Shown here: piece by piece, positions 8,619-17,980 of the stretch | Numbering within the stretch: position 1 is the first letter of the stretch | Layout: each line of letters opens with the position of its first letter | NCBI GenBank assembly: GCA_963787445.1 | Contig: CAWBCT010000010.1 | Coordinates: 1-24,075 of the forward strand | Direction: 5' to 3' | Origin: an uncultured archaeon | GTDB lineage: Archaea; Micrarchaeota; Micrarchaeia; Micrarchaeales; CABMGC01 | Length of the DNA: 24,075 nucleotides | Translations under genes and position numbers: made by a program | The notes under the pieces: generated by a model | Seen by the model: only the letters and a program-made list of their open reading frames with translations | Told to the model about the DNA's origin: nothing | Database searches by the model: none

Positions 8619-10062
8619 CCATCTTCTTTCTTATTTGTTTCGTAGTGTTCCGGTCGCGTATCGTTACTGTTCCATCCTCTATAGTCTGATGGTCCACAGT
8701 TATGGCAAACGGGATGCCTATCTCATCAGCTCTCGCATATCTTCTGCCTATGCTACCAGAGTCGTCATAGACGACGCTGCATTTTGTCTTTAACCGATGA
8801 TACAGCTTCTCTGACACTTCGGGTATCTTGTCCTTGTTTACCAAGGGGTATAAAGCATATTTGTAAGGTGCTATGTTCGGAGGAAATGCAAACCATTCCC
8901 ACTCCCTGTCCTTCATACCCATATAGAAAAGATTCATTGCCGCGTAAAATGTTCGGTCTATACCGACGCTAAGTTCAAGTACGTGGGGTATAAACCTTCT
9001 CCCGTTGTAGAATATCTCGTGGGACTTCTTTGAGATCTCACCGTGGCCTTTCAGATCGTGGTCGGTTCTGTAATGTACGCCGCCAATCTCTTTGTACTCA
9101 CCAAAAGTTTCCATGAAGGCCTCAGCATCGTAGTGTATCTTGTTGTAAAATGCCCGCTCTGATGCGGAGAGCTCCCTTAGTCTGAACTTATCTTCCGGAA
9201 GTCCAATTACATCCACAAAGAATTGCTGTTGTTTTGCCATGTGATAGACATAGAACTTTGGAACTCCTTTTTGGGTTGAAAAATCAGCACAACTTATTGT
9301 CACTGTCTCTTTTTCGCCAGAGTTGAGTATTTTGAGTTTGTAGTCCTTGACTTCGTCCCACTTGTCACATTCTTCAATAGTGGAAGGGTCGAAGAAGATC
9401 TGGAGTTCCGCCTGGGTGAACTCGCGTTGCCTTATCAGAAGCTGTCTTGGGGAGATCTCATTCCTAAAGGCCTTGCCGATTATCCCTATGCCGATTGGCA
9501 GTTTGCCCCTCATTATCTTGAACTGTCTTAGGAAGTTGACGTAAGGTCCTTGAGCCGTTTCCGGCCTAAGGTAAGCGAGCGTGTCCTCCTCAGCCCCGAG
9601 CTTCGTGGGAAACATCATGTTGAGTACTTTTACCTTCTCAAGGGCTCCGCCGCACTTCGGACAGACAATCTTGTTCTTCTTGATTATTTCCGTCAGCTCT
9701 TCAGAGGTCTTTCCCTCAACGCTCTGTTTTATTGCGGCTTCTATCAGATGGTCTGCGCGGTTGTAGGTCCCGCACTTTGAGCATCTTACACTTGGGTCTG
9801 TGAAATTCTTCAGGTGTCCGCTTGCGATGAACACCTTCTCTGGCATAACGTTTGATGTCTCAATCTCAGAATAGTTCTCTCCCAAGCCGAAGTAATGCTT
9901 CCTCCAAAGATTCTCTATGTTTCGCTTAATCAGTGTGCCAATGTTGCCGTAGTCGTAGAAACCAGTAAGACCGCCGTAGATCTCGCTGCTTTGGTAGAAG
10001 AAGCCCCTGCTCTTGGCTATCTCGAAGAACTTCTCCTCTGACTTATTCTCAGTATTAGCCAC
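8602..10062 (-). CDS. glyS: Glycine--tRNA ligase (alpha2, class II)
   Basis: SEIYGG...YDYG, LRPETAQG, FRNEISPRQxLIRQREFTQAE, PHVLExSVGIDR, SGSIGRRYARADEIGIP. Confidence 0.97.
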   Translation of the reverse strand: MANTENKSEEKFFEIAKSRGFFYQSSEIYGGLTGFYDYGNIGTLIKRNIENLWRKHYFGLGENYSEIETSNVMPEKVFIASGHLKNFTDPSVRCSKCGTYNRADHLIEAAIKQSVEGKTSEELTEIIKKNKIVCPKCGGALEKVKVLNMMFPTKLGAEEDTLAYLRPETAQGPYVNFLRQFKIMRGKLPIGIGIIGKAFRNEISPRQLLIRQREFTQAELQIFFDPSTIEECDKWDEVKDYKLKILNSGEKETVTISCADFSTQKGVPKFYVYHMAKQQQFFVDVIGLPEDKFRLRELSASERAFYNKIHYDAEAFMETFGEYKEIGGVHYRTDHDLKGHGEISKKSHEIFYNGRRFIPHVLELSVGIDRTFYAAMNLFYMGMKDREWEWFAFPPNIAPYKYALYPLVNKDKIPEVSEKLYHRLKTKCSVVYDDSGSIGRRYARADEIGIPFAITVDHQTIEDGTVTIRDRNTTKQIRKKMDEIER

Positions 10063-10231
10063 TATCTCACCAAAATGCGCAGTCTTAGCTTGCCTAGACG
10101 CGTATGATTAGGTTAGCCAACGTAGGTTTATATTACTGATGTGTGGCCGGTTGTTGAGGCTACACGCACAGAAGCGAAGGCTATAAATTGCTTCTATCTT
10201 ATATCAATAAAGTATTCTAAGCGGTGTTCTG

Positions 10232-11173
10232 TTGCCATACGATAATTACAACAACCAGAAGAAGAGAGGAGGCTACGGCAGGCAGGGCGGAGGCGGCGGA
10301 AGGGACAGGCCGAGGTTCAACGACAGGAACAGGGGCTCCTACGGCCCAAGGCCGGAGGGAGGAGACGACCGCAGAAGCAGGTTCATGAAGAAGGCCAAGA
10401 GGGACGTGACCAGCGCCTACGTGACCTCATCGCAGGACCATGCGATAATTCAGGGCATAAACGCCTACAACGAGCTCGAGAAGGTGAGGAACATCCTCTA
10501 CGAGAGGCTGGAGGAGTGGTACGGCGGCTACTTCCCGAACGTAAAGATGACGAGCCACGAGACGTTCGCCAAGCTAATCTCAAGGGTGAGGAGCAAGGAC
10601 GTTGATGACTCCACACTTGAAGAGATACTGGGTGACGGAGCGACGAAGGTCTCGGACGCGATAAAATCCTCTTTGGGCTTCCCCGAGATGGGAGAGGAGG
10701 AGTACAGCGGGCTCAAGGCAGTGGCTGACGAGGTCCTCAACATAATCGAGCTTCAGAAGAAGCTGGACAAGATCCTCGATGCGCAGACGAAGAAGCTGAT
10801 GCCGAACATCACCTACCTGATTGACTATAAGATTGCAGCAGAGATGTTGGCGAAGGCTGGTTCATTGGAAAGGTTCGCGAACATGCCCGCAAGCACAATT
10901 CAGCTGCTCGGCGCCGAGAGGGCGCTGTTCAAGCACCTCAAATTCGGCGGAAGGCCTCCGAAGTACGGCTACCTGTTCAAGCTCCCTGAATTGGCAACGG
11001 TTAACAAGAAGGAGAAGGGAAGAATGGCGCGTATCTACGCGACAAAGATAAGTATCGCCTCAAGGGCGGACGCGTATTCGCACCGCTTCATAGCCGACAA
11101 GCTCAAGGAGTCGCTTGACAAGGCGAGGGCGAGAAACGCGGGCAAGCATGAAACGCAAGAAGAGATTAGTTAA
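10232..11173 (+). CDS. nop5: Box C/D sRNP protein Nop5 (Nop56/58) with a Gly/Arg-rich N-terminus
   Basis: ERLEEWYGGYFP, MPNITYL, AGSLERFANMPASTIQLLGAERALFKHL, PPKYG, GRMAR...IASRAD. TTG start preceded by GGTG. Confidence 0.93.
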   Translation: MPYDNYNNQKKRGGYGRQGGGGGRDRPRFNDRNRGSYGPRPEGGDDRRSRFMKKAKRDVTSAYVTSSQDHAIIQGINAYNELEKVRNILYERLEEWYGGYFPNVKMTSHETFAKLISRVRSKDVDDSTLEEILGDGATKVSDAIKSSLGFPEMGEEEYSGLKAVADEVLNIIELQKKLDKILDAQTKKLMPNITYLIDYKIAAEMLAKAGSLERFANMPASTIQLLGAERALFKHLKFGGRPPKYGYLFKLPELATVNKKEKGRMARIYATKISIASRADAYSHRFIADKLKESLDKARARNAGKHETQEEIS

Positions 11174-11204
11174 GTATTTACTTTGATATTTAACAGAGAT
11201 ACTC

Positions 11205-11816
11205 ATGGAAATAAGAAGGGATGGCGACACCATTTACCTTAAGGGCAAAATACTTAACGAGTTAGACAGGCGTGTCCTGGATTTTGTAAACGTGATACCG
11301 TGCAGGTACGTCATTATAAGCGGCTACGTAGCCATATTGTTTGGCCGTTCCAGAACTACTGAGGATATTGATCTTTTCTTAGACATAAAATCAGGGTCAG
11401 ATTTCTCAGATTTTTACAAAGCAGTAACAAAAATAGGCTTCAAACCATTCAATGCTAGAGACGAAGAGGAAGCCTATGAACTAGTAAATGAAGATATTCC
11501 CGTACGTTTTATTTTTAATGATGAGTTATACCCAAACTTCGAAATAAAATTGCCAAAGGATAATGTTGATAAAGAATCTCTCAGGAAGAGAGTAGAAGTT
11601 GTGCTAGATAATGGCAAACTCTATGTATCGCCATTGGAGTTACAAATAGGTTACAAGATGTATTTAGGAAGTGACAAGGACATTGATGACGCAAGACACC
11701 TTTATCTTATGTTGAAGGAACAGCTTGATATGAAAGAGCTTAAATATATTGTGAGGTCAGTAAAGGTAAAAGGGAATATAATAAAAAAGGTTTTGGGTGA
11801 GGATTTTGACATTTAG
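11205..11816 (+). CDS. Pol-beta-superfamily nucleotidyltransferase (DUF6036/AbiEii-like)
   Basis: IISGYVAILFGRSRTTEDIDL (hG..DxD) and C-terminal K...SDKDIDDA; AT-rich. Confidence 0.75.
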   Translation: MEIRRDGDTIYLKGKILNELDRRVLDFVNVIPCRYVIISGYVAILFGRSRTTEDIDLFLDIKSGSDFSDFYKAVTKIGFKPFNARDEEEAYELVNEDIPVRFIFNDELYPNFEIKLPKDNVDKESLRKRVEVVLDNGKLYVSPLELQIGYKMYLGSDKDIDDARHLYLMLKEQLDMKELKYIVRSVKVKGNIIKKVLGEDFDI

Positions 11817-11997
11817 GGTTGACTTAAAAGAGTTGAGGGCTTCGAAGAGAAGAAATGCAAAGAGCAATCTTCAGTTTATAGAATTGTATGTCAAGTATCT
11901 AAAAAGTAAAACTAATGCAGAATGGAGTTTAGAGCAGGGCAGATTCATAGATTCGGTGTATAAGTCTGCTCCAAAGCGCCATAATTTCAAGCAGTAA
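11797..11997 (+). CDS. Small basic helical protein, putative partner of the NTase
   Basis: 66 aa, overlaps the NTase stop by 20 nt, same AT-rich composition. Confidence 0.6.
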   Translation: MRILTFRVDLKELRASKRRNAKSNLQFIELYVKYLKSKTNAEWSLEQGRFIDSVYKSAPKRHNFKQ

Positions 11998-12060
11998 GAG
12001 TTAATTGTAGTTATATAGTTTACAGATTTAGAAGGTTTATCTTATAAAAATAGCGATTTA

Positions 12061-12945
12061 ATGAAAGGCGTAAATTCAGCGGTGGATGGAGAACTTATTG
12101 AGTTCCACGCTGAGGACAAGGCACTGCTTCATGGTTTCCTGATGAGGCCAAAGTACGCAAACACCTGCCTGATATGGGTCCACGGGATGACGGGCAATTT
12201 CTACAGGAGCAGCATACCGATGGCGCTGGCAAAGAAGCTCGGCAATATCGGCGTCGCCGTGTTTTCAATCAACACACGGGGCCATGACCTGCTGTCGGGC
12301 ACGAGGTTCGACAGCAAGAAGCGCGATCCCAAGGTCATCGGCACGAGCCTTGAGAACTTCGAGGAGTCGGTCTTCGACATCAGCGGCGCGATAAACGCGA
12401 TGAAAGAGAAGGGCTTCAAGCGATTCATATTATCAGGAGGCAGCACGGGCTGCCAGAAGATAACCTACTATCAGTACAAGAGAAAGGACCCACGGGTCAA
12501 GGGCCTGGTGCTCCTTGCTCCGGTCGATGATTACCATTCGCAGAAGGCCGAGCTCAAAAAGAGGTTCGACAAGATAGTCAAGATGGCCAAGACGCTCAAG
12601 TCGAGCAGGAAGAGCAGGGTGGTCCTGGATGACCTGAACTATCTTGGGGTCTACAGGTTCCTCTCGGTCGCGGACACAAGGAACGTGGAGGCCAGGCTCT
12701 TCAACTACGACGGGCCGATGACCGAGTTCAGCAGCATAAAGGTGCCCATCTACGCCTCGTTCGGGAGCAAGGAGGAGTATGAAGTGAAGCCGGTCCACGA
12801 ATGCATAGAGATACTGAGCAAGAAAACGCAGTCGAAGTCCTTCTCCTTCAGCATCATAGACGGCGCGGCCCACTCCTACAGGGGTTTCGAAAACAATGTC
12901 GCCTCTTCCATAGAGCTCTGGCTCCTAAACATCCTGAACTCCTGA
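12061..12945 (+). CDS. Alpha/beta hydrolase (DUF1749-like)
   Basis: VHGMTGNF oxyanion loop, nucleophile elbow GGSTGCQK, LLAPVDD, IDGAAH catalytic His. Confidence 0.8.
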   Translation: MKGVNSAVDGELIEFHAEDKALLHGFLMRPKYANTCLIWVHGMTGNFYRSSIPMALAKKLGNIGVAVFSINTRGHDLLSGTRFDSKKRDPKVIGTSLENFEESVFDISGAINAMKEKGFKRFILSGGSTGCQKITYYQYKRKDPRVKGLVLLAPVDDYHSQKAELKKRFDKIVKMAKTLKSSRKSRVVLDDLNYLGVYRFLSVADTRNVEARLFNYDGPMTEFSSIKVPIYASFGSKEEYEVKPVHECIEILSKKTQSKSFSFSIIDGAAHSYRGFENNVASSIELWLLNILNS

Positions 12946-12949
12946 TAGT

Positions 12950-13624
12950 ATGGAGATCAAACTAATCATCGTGAGCCCCAAATACCAGATGAATGTGGGC
13001 TATGCCGCAAGGGTGGCCAAGAACTTCGGGATAGGGAAGCTCCACATAGTGAGCCCGAGAGCCGACATAAGGGGAAAGAAGGCGGTTATGTTCTCAAAGC
13101 ACGCGGTTGACCTGCTAAAGGGCGCAAGGGTCTACAAAAACTTTGATGATGCAACGCGTGATTGTGATGTGATTGCAGGAACCAGCGGCATACTCAGGGA
13201 GAACGCACGCTTTACGGCTATCGAGCCCGATGCTGCAGCGAGAAAGATAAACAAGGAGTACAAGAAGGCTGTTGTGGGATTGATCATTGGCAGGGACGAT
13301 TCGGGGCTTAACTTTGAGGAGCTGTCAAAGTGCGACATTCTTGTGCACATAGGCGCCAACGGTCAGTATCCTGTGCTGAATATCTCCCATGCCCTGGCCA
13401 TACTTCTCTATGCATTCACAAAAGGGACGTTCAAGCACGAAGGCATGAGACCGGAAAAACCAAGGCCCGAGGAGCTGGTTGCCTTGTCTAAAACTTTTGA
13501 CCAGATGATAAAAAGTAAGAAGATGAGAAGCAGGGAAGACGTGCGCAACGTCTTCCACAAGATGCTAAGGCGCTCGCAGCTAACCAGGCATGAGGTCCAC
13601 GCGCTGATCACTGCCTTCAAATAA
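12950..13624 (+). CDS. trmJ: SPOUT tRNA C32/U32 2'-O-methyltransferase, TrmJ/LasT family
   Basis: PKYQMNVGYAARVAKNFG, AGTSG, IGRDDSGL, YPVLNISHA and a helical C-terminal domain. Confidence 0.85.
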   Translation: MEIKLIIVSPKYQMNVGYAARVAKNFGIGKLHIVSPRADIRGKKAVMFSKHAVDLLKGARVYKNFDDATRDCDVIAGTSGILRENARFTAIEPDAAARKINKEYKKAVVGLIIGRDDSGLNFEELSKCDILVHIGANGQYPVLNISHALAILLYAFTKGTFKHEGMRPEKPRPEELVALSKTFDQMIKSKKMRSREDVRNVFHKMLRRSQLTRHEVHALITAFK

Positions 13625-13634
13625 AGTCTTGGCT

Positions 13635-13913
13635 TTATCTGGCGTAGGTCTTGATTATGTCCAGTATCACCAGGAAGACCAGGAACCAGACTATGAAGTC
13701 GAGCACGAAGCCGGCCGGGCTTATGCGCCACGGGTTGTATATGGGGGCTAGGACAAGCCTGTAGAGCCAGGTGGCCGGGAAGCCGTACCATGACGCTCCA
13801 ACAAGTCCCGCAGGGGTATAGTTCACGGCCCCGCTTATCAGGGAGACCACGAATCCGCCAACCATCGATCCAGAAACCAGTTTTTCGCTGTTCATGATAT
13901 CATGATTTAGCAA
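13635..13913 (-). CDS. Small membrane protein, hypothetical
   Basis: Two hydrophobic helices flanking a YGFP..W loop; minus-strand TTTAAAA box just upstream (~13927-13933). Confidence 0.6.
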   Translation of the reverse strand: MLNHDIMNSEKLVSGSMVGGFVVSLISGAVNYTPAGLVGASWYGFPATWLYRLVLAPIYNPWRISPAGFVLDFIVWFLVFLVILDIIKTYAR

Positions 13914-13949
13914 TGAACCTAAGGGCTTTTAAACTTTTAGAAGGCCTTT

Positions 13950-13985
13950 AAGGAAAAAGAAGGGAGTGCGCGGCAAGCGCCGCGC
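13950..13985 (-). terminator. Hairpin plus pyrimidine/U tract downstream of sepF
   Basis: 7-bp GC stem gcgcggc-aagc-gccgcgc (13968-13985), followed on the minus strand by ACTCCCTTCTTTTTCCTT, 8 nt after the sepF stop. Confidence 0.55.
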
Positions 13986-13993
13986 CAGTAAAA

Positions 13994-14365
13994 TTATCTC
14001 GTCGACTTCTTTCTCTTGATTATCTTGACCTTCTGCGGCGTTATCAGCACGCGGTTCTCGTCGATCTGGCCTATGTCGCCATTGATCTTCTCCACGTACG
14101 CCTTCAGCCTGGAAACGATCGCGTTCCTTGTGGTAGGTCGCTTGTTGAGTTCGGAGATGTCCAGAAGGATTATGTTCTTCTTTGCTATCTCTTCCTGTAT
14201 CGGCTCTACGTCAGCCTCGCTGGTCGCTGTTACAGGCTTTATGTACATGTCAGCAGGCTCGTGAAGCACGTCAACGTCCTCCATCTCTGCAGAGTTCATG
14301 TAGTCCTCTATGTCCATTCCCTTTGAAGTTCCAAATGCCTGTCCTAGCTTGTCAAATACTCCCAT
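13994..14365 (-). CDS. sepF: Cell division protein SepF (archaeal type)
   Basis: Amphipathic N-terminus MGVFDKLGQAFG, acidic linker, NIILLDI...INGDIGQIDENRVLITP core. Confidence 0.88.
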   Translation of the reverse strand: MGVFDKLGQAFGTSKGMDIEDYMNSAEMEDVDVLHEPADMYIKPVTATSEADVEPIQEEIAKKNIILLDISELNKRPTTRNAIVSRLKAYVEKINGDIGQIDENRVLITPQKVKIIKRKKSTR

Positions 14366-14518
14366 TCATATCGCCCATTTCTGGTTTTTGTCACTACTAG
14401 ATACGGAATTAACTATTAAAAACTTTCCCTTAACGTCTGTTAGGCAGCTAAACGGCAGAATCCGAGATAAAATAGGGTTATGGAGCGCAAATTAGGTTGT
14501 TTTGACGTCGTTAAGCAG

Positions 14519-17500
14519 TCACAGGCCAGGCACCTGCTGGAGTATCCTATTGGAAAGCTCCTTCGTGAATAGGCGCTCCAGCTTCTTCCTTCCGGCCTCG
14601 GTTCGCAAGTCATCGACGCCCTTTATGCCCGCGTTGAACATCAGCCGGGCCCTGACGCGTCCTACCTGCTCCAGTCTGACAAGGTCCAGGAGCTCCTTCT
14701 TTATCCCGTACCTCATCCTCACCCGCAGCTCGAACAGCCTGGCCGGGCTCACCTTGAGCAGCTTGGCCAGCTCGGTGCTCGAGTAGAGCAGCCAGTCCGC
14801 GTTGTTCGTTTTCGTGAAGATGGAGCCCGGGGTCTCCCTGTACTTCACCAGCAGCTCCTGCTCGCTCGACTCGGAGATCCACTCGTTGAGCATCAGGGAG
14901 GTGCTGAACGGCCTGAGCGGGTCGTAGAAGTAGTTCTCGTAGGCTGCCTGGCCCTCCAGCAGCCGGCCGTACTTCAGGAACCGTTCCTCCGCCTCCTCTG
15001 TGGCCCGGGAGTAGGGCTTCATCTCGATGGTGTTGCAGATCATGAACAGGCAGGAGATCTCGTCCACCACCTTGGGCAGGGTGTCGATGATCCACTTGGC
15101 CGACACCGGGTCTATGTAGAGCTCGCTCACGCGCCTTCCGATCTTGGTTGCCCTGTAGGAGCTCCCCTCGCGCTCGATGAACTCCCACTCCTCCAGCTCG
15201 GCAAGTATGTCGCGCGTGATGTTCTTCAGCTCCCTGCGCTCGTTGCGCTGGTGGCCGTAGAAAGACTCGTACAGAAATGCGCAGATCGAGTCCTCCATGG
15301 TAAGGAAGTCGGTGGCGATGAAGGAGAGGACGTGGGTCCTGAGCACGGGAAGGACTCCAGCTGGGAGAAGACTGGGTCAAGATCAGAGCATCGATATAGC
15401 GCCGGTAGAGATCCTTGCCCTCTTCTGCGTTTTTGGCTATGAGGAGTGCGCGTCCGTACTTGTCGTACTTCGGCCTTCCGGCCCTGCCAAACAGCTGGGT
15501 GACCTCGTTTATCCCGATCATGACAGAGCCGTCACCTTCACTGTAGCGGTGATGTCGCGGACAACCACCGTATGGGCAGGAAGGTTAACGCCGAGCGAAT
15601 TGTGGACTATGAAAGATCCCACATAACTAGCATCTTTTTCTACTTCTAGATTATAAACCGGCCCGTTGTATTCTTGTTTACCAACCTTTCGGATAGGCAT
15701 GTAGTAATAGTTACTGTCTATCTTACCCAAATTGTAGGTTCTGTTGCCACTAAATTCAAGATTTTTGAGGAGAATTTCTTTTGCAAATTTTTTCAACTGT
15801 TTTCCCGAAATAGAAACGCGGTATATATCACCGTGTCTTGGAATTTGTACTTTATACTTTGGATTAAATGGCGTTTCAGCAGCTTTGGTGTATTTTATCC
15901 TTGGCATAAAGCCCAGTTTTATAAGAATCATGAACAGTTGGTTAGCTAGAATTTTGGAAGTTGTAGTATATTCCGCATCTCCATAGGTTTTCTTTAGATA
16001 AATTGATCCATCACCTAACCACATACCTCTTACTAAAGGTATCAACTGGTCCTTGATCAAGAATAAAAAGTTTTGTGGTAGGTGTTTCTCCCTCGCATTT
16101 CCTCCAAATAGTTCTCTAAACTTAAAGGATAGCTGTTTTGAACAACTGTTTATTGTTCTCCTGTGTCTTTCGAAATCTTTTATGTTTGAATTTAAACCCA
16201 AACTATCAAACCATTTCATTATTTTATCTGTAAGCAGGTCCTCTTTTGTATTTATGGCGAATCGTATTATTCCATTTTTGCCAGTGTAACCTTCTGCTAT
16301 AAACAAACCAATTATCTCCAAGGTATTTTGATCCAATTTAATAATATCTGTGTTAATTCTTGTCCAATGTCGCCCTACCACCCCGAATTGGTTGCTAAGA
16401 GGGCCAATCTTACTCAATTTGATGTTTTTAATTCTTCTGGACTCTTTAATTTTGGGGAATAATACCATATCACCTTTCTGTACATTTTTAGCCTCTGTCC
16501 AAGAGGGGCTTGAATACTCCCACCAAAATGTATTACGACCATCTGCCCAGTGCGAACTGTGCCTCTTTCTTTTTACAACTAAGATTCTGTGTTCCTCAGT
16601 CATACTCATCGAAAACTGACCATAGGGAGTAATTCGGACTAGATTACCTTTGTAATGACTTTTTAAGGGTAGAATTACTTTCCTGAAATCGCCAGTATGG
16701 GTAAGGACTTTGTCATCAGAATTCAATAATTGAATTGGTTTCTTTGTTAAATTTGTTATTATTTCTTCTCCAGGCGGCAAACACAAGGTAGTGGTAGAAC
16801 ATATTGCTTTTATTACCCCATTGCTGAAGTATTGCTCCATAACTGAACGCTGGGAGTTCACAAGGCCCGCATGATGGAACGCAACTCCTAATTTGACGAG
16901 TTTCGCAAGTTTTTCGCACTGGGTCGTGGGCTTGGTGAGTGCTCCGAGTATTTCTGTGGAAGCTTCTTCAAGGGCGACCTTGTCATCCGCAGAAAGCAAA
17001 GGTGCAACTGCTTCGGAAAGTTTTTCTGCACCCGACTCGGTGTTTCTCTTAGTTGAATAGAAAAGAAGTATCTGCTTCTTCTTGTCCAGCGTGTCCTGCA
17101 TTATCCTTATCTCGGGAATTGCGCTGCTTCCGGACATCTTCTCGTGCCGGTCGCCGAAGTTAATCTCGCTCTTGACTATCACCCCCTTCTCCAGAGGTAC
17201 AGGCCGGAACTCGCTGACCACCAGTTTGGCTCCAAGCCAGGAGGCCATCTCCTCGGCGTTGCCCACGGTCGCGCTGAGGCCCAGCATCTGGGCGGAAGGG
17301 CAGGAACGCCTGAGCCTGGTTATTAATATCTCAAGAGTCGGACCTCGTCCCAGCTCTCCCAGCATGTGAAGCTCGTCTATCACTATGCATCCGACGGAGT
17401 CGAGCCAGCCTATCCCGTGGCGGATGAGGCTGTCGAGCTTCTCCGTGGAGACGAAGAGAATGTCGTACTTCTCAAGGTAGGTGTCCAGGGCGTCGAGCTC

Positions 17501-17812
17501 GCCGATCGAGATCGCAACCTTGAGGTAGGGATAGGCCTGCTTTATCTCATTGTACTTCTCGCTCACGAGCGCGCGCATGGGCGCCACGTAGACCGCCTTC
17601 TTCCGGTCCCACAGGACGGAGCGCAGCATCGCCATCTCGGCTATGAAGGTCTTCCCGCTGGCGGTGGGCGCCGCAACGACTACGTTAGAGCCCGATAGAA
17701 GTCCTTTGGACACGGCAAGTTCCTGAGGAGGAGTTAGTGATTTGATGCCCCGCTGCTCCGCTGACTCTACGACTTCCTTTGGGAGATCCTTGAGCAGACT
17801 GGAGAGCTGCAT
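14519..17812 (-). CDS. hel308: Ski2-like SF2 DNA helicase Hel308/Hjm, intein-containing, with ~3 frameshifts (~15548 and 15350-15390) that are probably sequencing errors
   Basis: Q motif LTPPQ, Walker A APTASGKT, DELH, LSAT, FHHAGL, TTTL|SLGVNLPA, QLFGRAGRP, domain-5 RVRAR. The pieces 15518..17812, ~15385..15521 and 14519..15346 join with single-base corrections (e.g. ITRYSEGDGSVMIGINEV). Confidence 0.93.
15599..16783 (-). mobile_element. Intein (395 aa) with LAGLIDADG homing endonuclease, in helicase motif V
   Basis: Starts CLPPGEEII and ends GSFIVHN followed by Ser+1. Block B MTEEHRIL, block F VYNLEV, LAGLIDADG helices IIGLFIAEG and VRGMWLGDG. Markedly AT-rich relative to the host gene. 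Confidence 0.96.
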
Positions 17813-17980
17813 TAAAACAGTATTAAATGGCTCTCAACAGCTAAAATACGTGCTATGCTTCCTTCCTTTGAAGCGTCTGGAGGTGAAGATTGAGCTCTGC
17901 CTCATTCGCCATTCCGGTAAATACGATAATGGATATCCCACTTTGGCCTGCAAATCCATACCCGCTGCGCAGCACCTCCC

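Noticed and set aside
10104-10139. Possible box C/D sRNA upstream of nop5 (ATGATTA...CTGA)
   Set aside because: Imperfect C box, too short for two guides, no clear C'/D' boxes, and it overlaps a likely promoter.
15340-15560. Programmed frameshifting or a split hel308
   Set aside because: No slippery heptamer or stimulatory structure; similar indels are scattered through unrelated genes.
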